Below are positions 40,801 through 49,349 of a DNA stretch of 64,000 nt, one piece after another. A program made the translations under genes and the position numbers. The number at the start of each line of letters is the position of its first letter. Position 1 is the first letter of the stretch. The notes under the pieces were generated by a model. That model was not told where the DNA came from. It ran no database searches and saw only the letters and a list, made by a program, of their open reading frames with translations. Source of the DNA: Myxococcales bacterium (GTDB lineage Bacteria; Myxococcota_A; Polyangia; Polyangiales; JAFGIB01); NCBI GenBank assembly GCA_050118535.1, contig JASFKR010000003.1:4-64003 (forward strand), read 5' to 3'.

Positions 40801-41756
40801 TTGGTCGGGTCCCGATCGAGCAGCTGCATGCAGAGGTCGTTGAGATCCTCCGGCACGCCGCTGACCACGTCCGACGGTTGCGGCGGGTCCTTTTCCTGCT
40901 TCCGCGCGATGACCTGCATGGGGGTGCCGTCGAAGGGCACGTCTCCCGTGAGCGCCTCGTAGAGAATGACGCCCAGTGCGTACCAGTCCGTCGCCGCGGA
41001 GCCGCCCTCGCCGCGGCATTGCTCGGGAGACATGTAGGCCGGCGTTCCAATCACCGTGACCAGCGTCTCGTGGATGTCGGGTGCCTGCTCCGTGATGATG
41101 CCGAAGTCGCAGAGCACCGCGCGACCGTCCCGCGCCACGAGCACGTTCTCGGGCTTGAGATCGCGATGGAGCTTGCCGGCTGCGTGCACCGCCATCAGTC
41201 CCTCGACGACTTGCTCGAGGACGTTGCGCAGCCGATCCTCGTCTTCGAGCGGCGAGGGGAAGAGCATCTCCATGCCCTTGACCGGTAGCTCGAAGGAGTC
41301 ATGCGTACCGTCGGCCGATGGGTGCTCCGAGATCGGGCGCGGGGTCGAGTCGAAGGTGCGTCGCCGCCCGCCGTGTACGAACGTGAGCAGGTCGATGCCC
41401 TCCACGTACTCCATCGTGAAGAACCACTGGTCGCCCTCGGAGAAGAGCTCGTGCAGAGTGACCAGATTTGGATGGCTCACGTCCGCGAGGGCGCGAAACT
41501 CCTTCTTGAAGCGGTAGATGGCCGTGGGATCGACCGACAAAAGTGTCTTGAGCGCGACACGGCTTTCGAGCGTGCGGTCATAGGCCAGATAGACCGCGCC
41601 CATGCTGCCGGCGCCGAGTTGGCGCTCGATGACGAATCGGTCGGTGCCTGTGAAATCGACGTCCAAGGGGGGAGCTCGCCGGTCTTCGGATCGTATCAGC
41701 GCACGGCCACCGGCGCAGGGGGGAGCTGCTGCCACAGCGGACCACATCGACCGCAC
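37854..41756 (-). CDS. Ser/Thr protein kinase fused to an AAA_16/STAND-type NTPase and TPR-like C-terminal region (PknK/MalT-like architecture)
   Basis: Kinase: GAGSMGAVYLAYD, RVALKTL, HRDLKPENVLV, CDFGI, GTPAYMSPEQ. NTPase: Walker A SGPSGIGKTTLV, Walker B LVVYVDDLQWSD. About 650 aa of helical repeats follow. Confidence 0.9.
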   Translation of the reverse strand: MRSMWSAVAAAPPCAGGRALIRSEDRRAPPLDVDFTGTDRFVIERQLGAGSMGAVYLAYDRTLESRVALKTLLSVDPTAIYRFKKEFRALADVSHPNLVTLHELFSEGDQWFFTMEYVEGIDLLTFVHGGRRRTFDSTPRPISEHPSADGTHDSFELPVKGMEMLFPSPLEDEDRLRNVLEQVVEGLMAVHAAGKLHRDLKPENVLVARDGRAVLCDFGIITEQAPDIHETLVTVIGTPAYMSPEQCRGEGGSAATDWYALGVILYEALTGDVPFDGTPMQVIARKQEKDPPQPSDVVSGVPEDLNDLCMQLLDRDPTKRPDGKSILRALRSRRAASVPAPDKSAERAEQLETAFVGRDAQVRELEAALRATEAGHPVIALVSGPSGIGKTTLVNHFIESVAREHQAIVLKGRCYERESVPFKAFDNVIDTLSRYLRKLPAVDVARMLPREVDALAGLFPVLKRVEVVKRSRRGRALPPDPQQQRQRAFRALKEMFCRIADLEPLVVYVDDLQWSDVESAQLLSELVTGNDRPAMLLVCVYRESDSEHSPGLQALLQKLGTSDEVELRQVKVGSLSAEDSFTLARRLLGQETGEDGIRKLGFESAGNPHLLTQLARHVTERKAEGIASSETARGLVSFERVLSQRLSSLSSDARTLLELLSVAGRPVPEAMLTLVSSFNIDLPSALAELRSAKLVRGVASQNSRAVEVYHDTIREGLTSSMDTETMVGWHRRLAAALEASGAIDLEALTSHLLGAGERERASLYASRAAEQAEKGLAFEKAARLYGVAAKNAEGDRRRALLQRHADALVSAGRGAAAAESYFEAAQGAAVDHAMELRARGGIQLLLSGDLEAGLDALRKPLAAAGLQVPADFPSAAQMAGEAYRALRRRGFGFTERAESDIDEHELTRLDTVWGVTRGLLLHEMARPLPLLTRFVQDALDLGEPLRIVRGLALFHGHIDVPFSMAADTPTSGALDVAEAIARRLDSAEARAAIAFAKGLAVYHHGKVEQALLDLFRAEDLYRNHTRGGAFEMRQTRLVIAHLQTAVQRECDFALLSEWLREAEGRGDRISSVRLRMALATLHLQNDNAEAAASAIDEAARLSEDREGITAAAEMLARGRLYLYRGDPERARTLGYQLDEFFASPLAYVRLWRGMMLLLRARLSLISRASRDAPASLLAQAAESASQAAELKLPCLHDDISLVRAGIAAAEGRGRHALKQLDEVLGRHHDARRPPLPAIFALRAKGQLLGNQEGLAMETRADQLVVKRGLKHPRRYARTYVPLLEEAVGRSRTVKMNQAGP

Positions 41757-41783
41757 GTCGCCGCAACTGAAGCTACCGGTGCT

Positions 41784-42323
41784 TCAGGAAACGGGCTGAC
41801 CGCACGCGGGGCAGTGGGGCCAGCCTTCCACGCGGGCGCGGTCCGCGAGCGAGCTGCCGCAGCAACTCGACCCGGTGGCTTTGCGGGCAGCCAGCTCGCG
41901 CCTGCGCGCTGCAGCGGCCGCAGCAATCTCGGCGCGGGCCTCGGGTGACACGTATTGCACCACGGTCTTGTCCTGCGCGGGGCCGCTGACCAGCCGGAGG
42001 TCCGCGTCGAGGTCGTCGGTCAGCTCCGTGTCGTCGTCGGCGAGCCGATACTCGAAGCTGCTTTCGCCCACGGTGAGCACGTCGCCCGGCTTCAGGGTGG
42101 CCTCGCGCACGGGCTCGCCGCCCAGCAGGGTGCCGTTCTGACTCTTGAGGTCTCGCAGCAGCACGCTGCCGTCGTCGAGCTCGAGCAGGCAGGCGTGCCG
42201 GCGCGACGCGCTGCGGTCCACGAGCTGGATATCGCACTCGCCGTCGCGTCCGATCAGCGTTCGGCCGCCGATCCGATAGGTGTTGCCGGCGAGCGCACCC
42301 TGGGTCCCCACGAGCACCTTCAT
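41784..42323 (-). CDS. FHA-domain protein with a C-terminal Cys4 zinc-ribbon-like tail
   Basis: FHA: YRIGGRTLIGRDGECDIQLVDRSASRRHACLLELDDGSVLLRDLKSQNGTLLGGEPV. Tail: CCGSSLADRARVEGWPHCPACGQPVS. Lies 27 nt upstream of the kinase gene on the same strand. Confidence 0.85.
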   Translation of the reverse strand: MKVLVGTQGALAGNTYRIGGRTLIGRDGECDIQLVDRSASRRHACLLELDDGSVLLRDLKSQNGTLLGGEPVREATLKPGDVLTVGESSFEYRLADDDTELTDDLDADLRLVSGPAQDKTVVQYVSPEARAEIAAAAAARRRELAARKATGSSCCGSSLADRARVEGWPHCPACGQPVS

Positions 42324-42343
42324 GCCCAGAATTTTACCACGTC

Positions 42344-42465
42344 ATTGCGTACGCGGGATTGCATACAATAAAACGACATGAAGTCACCATCCCGGTCGCA
42401 TTGAATGAAATAATTACATGTATTTAGTGTAAAAGTTCTAACCGATTCGCATACAGGATGTATGC
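42344..42465. promoter_or_regulatory. AT-rich divergent control region with GCATACA repeats (7-3-7 inverted repeat plus upstream half-sites)
   Basis: Read directly: gcataca-gga-tgtatgc at 42449-42465, gattgcataca at 42357-42367, attgcgtac at 42344-42352. The gap 42324-42518 is far more AT-rich than any flanking DNA. Confidence 0.45.
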
Positions 42466-42518
42466 ATTTTCTGCTCCAGGCCGCTGGTCCGCGGCGCCAG
42501 GGCGCGTAGATTTCCTGC

Positions 42519-43367
42519 GTGCCCCAGGCCGCTCCCGACGTGTACGCCTACCGCGACTACCGCGCCTACCTGCGCGCCTTCTACGCCCACAAGAAGGCCC
42601 GGGGTCGCGGCTTTTCCCTGCGCGTGTTTTCCAGGGCGGTCGACTCGGGCTCGTCCAACATCCTCAAGCTGGTCATGGACGGCGATCGCAATCTGAGCCC
42701 CGCCATGGCCCAGCGCTTCGCCGGCGCATGCGGTCTCGAGGGCGCGGCGGCGGGCCACTTCTGCGACCTGGTGGCCTTCAACCAGGCCAAGACCACGGGC
42801 GAGCGGGACCGCGCCTACCAGCGGCTCAAGGCGTCGCGGCGCTACAGGGAGATCCACCAGCTCGACGCCGCCCAGGACGCCTACCACGGTCGCTGGTACA
42901 TCCCCGCCATCCGCGAGCTCGCCGCCCATCGCGACTTCCGGCCCGATCCCCGGTGGATCGCCCGCACGCTCGTGCCATCGATCACTCCGCGCCAGGCCCG
43001 GGAGGCGCTGAAGGTGCTGCGCGAGATCGGGCTGCTGGTCGAGGGCGAGGACGGGACCCTGTCGCAGGCCCAGCCCCTGTTGAGCACGCCCGACCGCCCC
43101 CTGGGCCACCACGTGGTCCGCTACCACCGCGCCATGATGGAGCGCGCGGCCGAGGCCCTCGACGACATCCCGCGCGACGAGCGCGAGATGGGCTCGCTGA
43201 CCCTTTGCCTGAGCGAGCAGAGCATGCACGAGCTCAAGGCCCACCTGCAGCGCTTCCGGGAGGAGCTGCTGCAGAGCTACGTCGCCGACGACGACGCCAC
43301 CCGCGTGGTCCAGGTGAACTTCCAGATGTTCCCCCTTTCCGCCCCGTCCTCGGCCAAGGAGAAATGA
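42519..43367 (+). CDS. TIGR02147/DUF4423-family protein (putative HTH-type regulator)
   Basis: GTG start. N-terminus YRDYRAYLRAFYAHKKARGRGFSLRVFSRAVDSGSSNILKLVMDGDRNLS and C-terminal half (WYIPAIRELA..., HHVVRYHRAMMERAAEAL, REMGSLTLCLS) match my recollection of this family. Not confirmed by search. Confidence 0.7.
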   Translation: MPQAAPDVYAYRDYRAYLRAFYAHKKARGRGFSLRVFSRAVDSGSSNILKLVMDGDRNLSPAMAQRFAGACGLEGAAAGHFCDLVAFNQAKTTGERDRAYQRLKASRRYREIHQLDAAQDAYHGRWYIPAIRELAAHRDFRPDPRWIARTLVPSITPRQAREALKVLREIGLLVEGEDGTLSQAQPLLSTPDRPLGHHVVRYHRAMMERAAEALDDIPRDEREMGSLTLCLSEQSMHELKAHLQRFREELLQSYVADDDATRVVQVNFQMFPLSAPSSAKEK

Positions 43368-43368
43368 C

Positions 43369-44712
43369 ATGCGTACCCCGCTTTTCGCGTCCGTCGTGCT
43401 GCTGCTGACCGCCTGCAACGGCACCAACACCGGCAACCCCGTCGACTCCGGGGGGGATGGCGACTTCGGCGGCGGCGTCAACGAGGGCGACTCGGCCGGG
43501 GAGGGCGGGAGCTGCAAAGTCGACCGCACGACCGTGATCGGCGCAGACGAGATGACCCCGTTGGGCTTCACCGCGGGTGAGGTCCTGGACTTCGTCGTCG
43601 GAGAGCACACCGAGACCCTCACCTGGCACGAGCTGGCCATCGCCAGCTACGGCCCCGAGCAGGGCGAGCAGGGGCTGACCGTCGAGGTGACCCACGACGG
43701 AGGCGAGCTGCGCTATGTGGAGCTCGCCGCGGATACGGGCGGCGCCGAGATCTTCGCGAGCTGTCCGCCGCGGCTGGAGCTGGACGTGGAGATCGGGCTG
43801 CGCACCGACGGGGGCGCCCTCGACGAGCGCTTCGAAGCGACCCTGCGGGCGCGCAGCCCGCTGCTTGCGACGTACTTCACGCGGCCCGACCCGCATATGC
43901 TCGGCGGGAGCTTCGCCATCGAGGAGGTGCGCGAGGAGGGCTACGAGCTCGCCCAGCTCGAGCTGCGCATGCAATTTTCGCCCTACGGCACGGCCGGCTG
44001 GCTGACGCCCGTCTTCGAGCGCCGCACCGCCGACGCCGTGAGCGCGGCCGCGGGCGGCGGCCCCGACGGCGGTGGTCTGGCGAGCTGGGGGCCGGCAGGC
44101 TGCCAGGGCGACGGCGTGGGCGTGCCGGTCGACGAGGAGGTGGCCGCCTTCTCGGGGCAGGACGTGCTCGACCTGCTCGGCGAGCAGAGCGGTGTGCCGT
44201 TCATCTGGGACGACGCCGAAGCCACGCTGGCGACCATCGCCTTCGATCACGACGCGGACTCGGGCGTGTGCGCCACGGTGATCGAGTCCGGCCTGGGCGA
44301 GGGCGCCGTGGGCAGCCTGACGCTGCTGGGCGAGCTGGTGGTGGCCACCGAGGACGGCCGTGTCGACGCCCGCTGGCCCGTGCGCGTGGTCGGCAGCCCC
44401 GACGGGACCGGGGCGCTCTCGGCCGTCCGCGTGACGTACGACGGCTCGCGCTCCACCGATTCGGACGACCCCGAGGCCGACTACGGAATCTCGGGCGTGG
44501 ACGCCTCGGGCTACGACTCGCTGGGCTTCTCGCTGGACATCAGCCTGTCGCCGGGCGTGCCGCTGGGGGGCAGCATGGAGCTGATCGGCTACGAGCTGCC
44601 CGACTGTCCCGAGCCGGAGCCCCAGCCCGACGAGGGCGGCGGCGTGTCGTCGCCGGGCTGTCCGGGCGCCACGCCGGTGACGCTGGCGCGCGCCGACATC
44701 GACGCCCAGTAG
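43369..44712 (+). CDS. Hypothetical lipoprotein with two related ~200-aa halves
   Basis: MRTPLFASVVLLLTACNG contains a lipobox. Each half opens with a Cys and a similar segment: FTAGEVLDFVVGEHTETLTW versus FSGQDVLDLLGEQSGVPFIW. Starts 1 nt after the upstream stop. Confidence 0.65.
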   Translation: MRTPLFASVVLLLTACNGTNTGNPVDSGGDGDFGGGVNEGDSAGEGGSCKVDRTTVIGADEMTPLGFTAGEVLDFVVGEHTETLTWHELAIASYGPEQGEQGLTVEVTHDGGELRYVELAADTGGAEIFASCPPRLELDVEIGLRTDGGALDERFEATLRARSPLLATYFTRPDPHMLGGSFAIEEVREEGYELAQLELRMQFSPYGTAGWLTPVFERRTADAVSAAAGGGPDGGGLASWGPAGCQGDGVGVPVDEEVAAFSGQDVLDLLGEQSGVPFIWDDAEATLATIAFDHDADSGVCATVIESGLGEGAVGSLTLLGELVVATEDGRVDARWPVRVVGSPDGTGALSAVRVTYDGSRSTDSDDPEADYGISGVDASGYDSLGFSLDISLSPGVPLGGSMELIGYELPDCPEPEPQPDEGGGVSSPGCPGATPVTLARADIDAQ

Positions 44713-44803
44713 CCGACGCGGCGGCCGGTTCGACGGTGGGCGGGCCATCTGGTACGTGATCCCCCAATTCGGGCCCACCCATTGGCCCGCGCCGCCGTTG
44801 CCG

Positions 44804-46081
44804 ATGCTCAACACCTACGCCGTCATCGCGCTGGTCGCCCTGTTGGGGCAGTACGTCATCAGCGTGGTCGTGGACCTGCTCAACCTGCGCGCCATGGGCC
44901 AGGCGCTGCCGTCCGAGTTTCGCGACGTCTACGACGCCGAGACCTACGCCCGCTCGCAGCGCTACGCACGCGACCGCATGCGCTTCGCCCTCTACCCCCG
45001 CACCTTCAACCTGGCCCTGGTGCTGGGCTTCTGGTTCGCGGGCGGCTTCGGCTGGCTGCAGCGCACCGTGGAGGGGCTGGGCCTGGGCTTCCCGCTGACG
45101 GGCCTGATCTTCCTGGGCGCGCTGATGGCGGGCCAGTCCCTGCTCAATCTGCCCTTCGAGCTCTACGGCACGTTCGTGATCGAGGAGCGCTACGGCTTCA
45201 ATCGCACCACGCCGCGCACTTTCGTGACCGACCGGCTGAAGGGGGCGGCCCTGGCCGTGGTGCTGGGCGGCCCATTCGTGGCCATGCTGCTCGCGCTCTT
45301 CGAGCGGGCCGGCGCGTGGGCCTGGCTCTATTGCTGGGCTGCGAGCACGGCGTTGATCCTGCTCTTGCAGCTCGTGGCTCCGGCGTGGCTCATGCCGCTG
45401 TTCATGAAGTTCACGCCCTTGCAAGACGGGGAGCTGCGCGAGCGCATCATGGCCTACGCGCGCTCGGTGTCCTTTCCGCTCGAAAAACTCTTCGTCGTGG
45501 ACGGCTCGCGCCGGTCGAGCAAGGCCAACGCCTTCTTCACCGGCTACGGCAAGCACCGCCGCATCGGCCTGTTCGACACCCTGCTCGAGCGCCACGACGC
45601 CGACGAGGTGGTGGCGATCGTGGCCCACGAGGTGGGGCATTACAAAAAGCGCCACGTGGTCCAGGGGATGTTCGTGAGCATCGCCCACCTGGGCCTGATC
45701 TTTTTCGTCTTCGGTCTGCTGCTGCGCCAGCCGGGGCTCTACGACGCGTTCTTCGTGAGCGGCATGCCGCTGCACGCGGGGCTGGTCTTCTGCGCGCTGC
45801 TCTACCGACCGCTGGACCTGGTGCTGTCGTTGCTGCTCCTCGCGCGCTCTCGCCGCCACGAGTATGAGGCGGATCGGTTCGCGGTGGAGACCACGGGCCT
45901 GGGCGAGGCCCTGGCCCGCGGCCTGCAGAAGCTCGCCCGCGACAGCCTGGGTAACCTCACGCCCCACCCGAGCTACGTGCTTTTTCATCATACGCACCCG
46001 CCTTTGCGAGATCGGGTGGCCGCCATCCGACGCGAGGCGGCGCAGCACTCGACGAGGGCGCATCCTGTCTCGAAGTGCTAG
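44804..46081 (+). CDS. M48-family zinc metalloprotease (Ste24/CAAX-protease-like)
   Basis: HEXXH in VAIVAHEVGHYKKRH, downstream EYEADRFA, and multiple N-terminal TM helices. ATG 44804 is preferred over the track GTG at 44756. Confidence 0.88.
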   Translation: MLNTYAVIALVALLGQYVISVVVDLLNLRAMGQALPSEFRDVYDAETYARSQRYARDRMRFALYPRTFNLALVLGFWFAGGFGWLQRTVEGLGLGFPLTGLIFLGALMAGQSLLNLPFELYGTFVIEERYGFNRTTPRTFVTDRLKGAALAVVLGGPFVAMLLALFERAGAWAWLYCWAASTALILLLQLVAPAWLMPLFMKFTPLQDGELRERIMAYARSVSFPLEKLFVVDGSRRSSKANAFFTGYGKHRRIGLFDTLLERHDADEVVAIVAHEVGHYKKRHVVQGMFVSIAHLGLIFFVFGLLLRQPGLYDAFFVSGMPLHAGLVFCALLYRPLDLVLSLLLLARSRRHEYEADRFAVETTGLGEALARGLQKLARDSLGNLTPHPSYVLFHHTHPPLRDRVAAIRREAAQHSTRAHPVSKC

Positions 46082-46330
46082 CGCTCGGGCCACTCCGGCC
46101 CTTGTGTGTGGGCGCGGCCCGAAGCGACCATGTGGCCACCTCATCCCGAGGTGTGTAAACCCACGCACACGGGGCCCGGGCCCTGCCCCCGTTTTCGCGT
46201 CCACCGCGCAGATGGGGGTGGGGCTCGACGTCCTTTATCCGCGACGCGCCCCCGAAGTCGAGGGGGACGCTGCCAGCTGCGGGGCTGCTATCGTTCGCCG
46301 CCGCACTGACCCCGAGCCTGGAGGTAGCGG

Positions 46331-47065
46331 ATGTCGACGAAGCCTGCCGTGATTGCCATTGTCATCGCCCTTGCCATGCTGGCCGTGCCAGCCTCTGGCC
46401 TGGCCCAGGAGCCGCTCGATCCCGAGGGGGGCGTGACCGAGGCCAGCGACGTGGAGCGCAACGCCGGGGTGCGGGCCCGCAGTCGGTCGGGCGGTCGTGC
46501 ATCGGCGAGCGCCTCCGGCGGGGGTGGTGAGGTCCGGCTGGGGGTGCAGGCCCGGATCGACGCCTTCAACACGCTCGCGACCACAGACACCGGTCAGGGT
46601 GCGCTCAACCTGGATGAGGGCGGGCTGCTGGTGCCCCTGGTCGCCCCCGGCGTGCGTTTCCTGGATGGACGGCTCTTTCTCGGCCTGGGCCTGGGCTACC
46701 AGAGCATCTCGATCGACAACGGCAACGTCGAGGAGTCGCGCGGTGGCTGGACCTTCAGCCCGCTTGCGACGTTCGACCTGCTCTCCGATGACGTGGCGTC
46801 GCTCTCGCTCGACGGTTGGCTGAACCTGGGCAGCTTGGGTGAGACCGAGGAGTGCGACAACAACGGCTGCACCACCGACAATGACAACGCCACCACCATC
46901 GGCATCAACCTGGGCGCGGGCGTGCGCGGCCACCTGACGCCGGGTCTCGCCATCGGCGGTGAGTTCGGCTGGTCGTTCACGTCGGTCTCGGTCGACTCGG
47001 GCAGCGACGTCAGCCTTCACGGCCTGTTCGGCACGATCCTGATCGAGGCCAGCGTCGGGCTGTGA
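46331..47065 (+). CDS. Putative outer-membrane beta-barrel protein
   Basis: ggaggt RBS. Signal peptide MSTKPAVIAIVIALAMLAVPASGLAQE. Alternating beta-strand-like segments: GRLFLGLGLGYQSISID, IGINLGAGVRGHLTPGLAIGGEFGWSF. Confidence 0.6.
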   Translation: MSTKPAVIAIVIALAMLAVPASGLAQEPLDPEGGVTEASDVERNAGVRARSRSGGRASASASGGGGEVRLGVQARIDAFNTLATTDTGQGALNLDEGGLLVPLVAPGVRFLDGRLFLGLGLGYQSISIDNGNVEESRGGWTFSPLATFDLLSDDVASLSLDGWLNLGSLGETEECDNNGCTTDNDNATTIGINLGAGVRGHLTPGLAIGGEFGWSFTSVSVDSGSDVSLHGLFGTILIEASVGL

Positions 47066-47066
47066 G

Positions 47067-47384
47067 TCAGTCGTCGAGCTCGCCGCGCTCGGCCTTCTGG
47101 ACCCAGTGCTGGACCTGCTTTTCGATCACGTCGACTGCCTTGCCGGCGAAGGGCTTGAGCAGCAACGGCACCTTCACCTCGACCACGATGGCTCCCGGCT
47201 CGAGCTGGAGAGTGCCGTCGATGGTCACGCCCTTGGCCGAGAAGCCGACCTTGGCCCGGTCGTCGGTCTCCCATCGCACCGTGGGAGAGTACTTGCCGAA
47301 GCGTTCGGTGTAGCTCTCGGCGGCCTTGCGGGCGACCTTGCGCGCGGTCTCGGTGTCCAGGCTGTGGGTGATTCGGTGTTGCAT
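47067..47384 (-). CDS. Polyhydroxyalkanoic-acid-system family protein (TIGR02610-like)
   Basis: Start MQHRITHSLDTETARKVARKAAESY at Met58 of track ORF 47067..47555. Size (105 aa) and pattern match my memory of the family. Not confirmed by search. Confidence 0.65.
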   Translation of the reverse strand: MQHRITHSLDTETARKVARKAAESYTERFGKYSPTVRWETDDRAKVGFSAKGVTIDGTLQLEPGAIVVEVKVPLLLKPFAGKAVDVIEKQVQHWVQKAERGELDD

Positions 47385-47649
47385 GGCGCTGAAATCATGC
47401 GTGCGCAGGCGATTGGCCGCAAGGTTGTCATCCGTCCGGGGGCAGCGCCCGATCGCGAGTTGCGACGCACGCTGGCGAGGAGCGTGAGGCGGGACCTGTG
47501 GGCTCGAGATCGCCCGCTGCGCCCACCCGCGGCCCTCGTGGTGCGGGCGGGCCAAATTTGACGATAGATTTCAATGGCCTAGGAACGCGCGTCGCGCCGG
47601 CATCCGAGGCCATCGTTGACACGGGCAGCGCGCTGACTTACCCCTTGCC

Positions 47650-49179
47650 ATGGCTTTCATCTACGAACAGCCGAGCAGGACCTTCGGGGAGTACCTGCTC
47701 ATTCCAAACCTGACCACCAAGCGCTGCGTGCCGGCCGACGTGGACCTGAGCGCGCCGCTGGTGAAGCACGCGAAGGGGACCCAGGCGCCCCTGAGGGTGA
47801 ACGTCCCGATCGCCTCGGCGCTGATGCAATCCGTGTCTGACGATCAACTCGCGATCGCGCTGGCCCGCACGGGCGGGATCGCATTCATCTTCGCCTCCCA
47901 GAGCGTCGAGAGCGAAGCGGAGATGGTGCGGCGTGTGAAGAACTACAAGGCCGGCTTCGTGGCCAGTGACTCGAACCTGCCCCCGAGCGCGACGCTCGCC
48001 GACGTCGTCGAGCTCTCGGAGCGCACCGGCCACTCCACCATTCCCATCACCGAGGGCGGCTCACCCACCGGGCGCTTCCACGGGATCATCACCAGCCGCG
48101 ACTATCGGCTGGGTCACCAGTCGCTCCAGACGCCGGTCGTGGAGCTGATGACGTCGGTGGAGGACACCCACTGCGGCCGGGTGGGCATCGACCTGGAGCA
48201 GGCCAACGAGCTGATCTGGGAGCACAAGCTCAACTGCCTTCCCGTGCTCGATGCCGAAGGCTGTCTCGCACACCTGGTCTTCCGCAAGGACTACGACGAG
48301 CACCAGGCGCACCCGCTGGAGAATGTGGATGCGGAGAAGCGCCTGATCGTGGGCGCCGGCATCAATTCCCGTGACCACGAGGAGCGCATACCGGCGCTTG
48401 TCGAGGCGGGCGCGGATCTGCTCTGCATCGACTCGTCCGACGGCTATTCGGAGTGGCAGGCCGACACGCTGGGCTTCACCCGGAGCAAGTACGGCGACTC
48501 CGTCAAGGTGGGCGCCGGCAACGTGGTCGACCGGGAGGGCTTCAACTACCTGGTCGAGGCGGGCGCCGACTTCGTGAAGGTGGGCATCGGTGGCGGGTCG
48601 ATCTGCATCACCCGCGAACAGAAGGGCATCGGTCGCGGCCAGGCCTCGGCCGTGATCGAGGTGGCCAAGGCGCGCGACGAGTATCTGGAGAAGACCGGTG
48701 TCTACGTGCCGATCTGCTCCGACGGCGGCATCACGCAGGACTACCACATCACCCTGGCCCTCGCGATGGGCGCGGACTTCGTGATGATGGGTCGCTATTT
48801 CGCGCGCTTCGACGAAGCGCCGGGGCGTACGCTGCGCATCAATAATCGCTTCGTGAAGGAGTACTGGGGTGAGGGCAGCAACCGGGCGCGCAACTGGCAG
48901 CGCTACGACCTCGGTGGCGAGCCCAAGTCGGACAAGCGCGACGGGCTCACCTTCGAAGAGGGCGTCGACAGCTACGTGCCGTATGCGGGCAAGCTCAAGG
49001 ACAACCTCGAGGTCACCCTGGCCAAGACGCGCTCCACCATGTGCAACTGTGGGGCCACGTCGATCCCGCAGCTGCAGCGGGAGGCGCGCATGACCGTCGC
49101 CTCATCGGTCTCCATCCACGAAGGCGCCGCCCACGACGTGATCCTCAAGGAGACCAACGTCGGCCCCAGCGAACCCTGA
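47650..49179 (+). CDS. guaB: IMP dehydrogenase family protein
   Basis: N-terminal [23 protein letters not shown], a CBS-pair insert, catalytic loop [20 protein letters not shown], and C-terminal [13 protein letters not shown]. Confidence 0.82.
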   Translation: MAFIYEQPSRTFGEYLLIPNLTTKRCVPADVDLSAPLVKHAKGTQAPLRVNVPIASALMQSVSDDQLAIALARTGGIAFIFASQSVESEAEMVRRVKNYKAGFVASDSNLPPSATLADVVELSERTGHSTIPITEGGSPTGRFHGIITSRDYRLGHQSLQTPVVELMTSVEDTHCGRVGIDLEQANELIWEHKLNCLPVLDAEGCLAHLVFRKDYDEHQAHPLENVDAEKRLIVGAGINSRDHEERIPALVEAGADLLCIDSSDGYSEWQADTLGFTRSKYGDSVKVGAGNVVDREGFNYLVEAGADFVKVGIGGGSICITREQKGIGRGQASAVIEVAKARDEYLEKTGVYVPICSDGGITQDYHITLALAMGADFVMMGRYFARFDEAPGRTLRINNRFVKEYWGEGSNRARNWQRYDLGGEPKSDKRDGLTFEEGVDSYVPYAGKLKDNLEVTLAKTRSTMCNCGATSIPQLQREARMTVASSVSIHEGAAHDVILKETNVGPSEP

Positions 49180-49349
49180 GCGCGGTCGCGTCCGTGCCGG
49201 CCGCGGCCCGTCGGGGCGGCGGGCGCGGTCGCGCGGACCTCACGCCACTCGAATCGCCGTCGACGGCGGGTCGCATCGACCCGCTGGCTGGCCTGTTTCG
49301 CCCTCCGATTAATGCTATGCAGGCGGCGTTGGGTGCCCAGGAGGGGACG

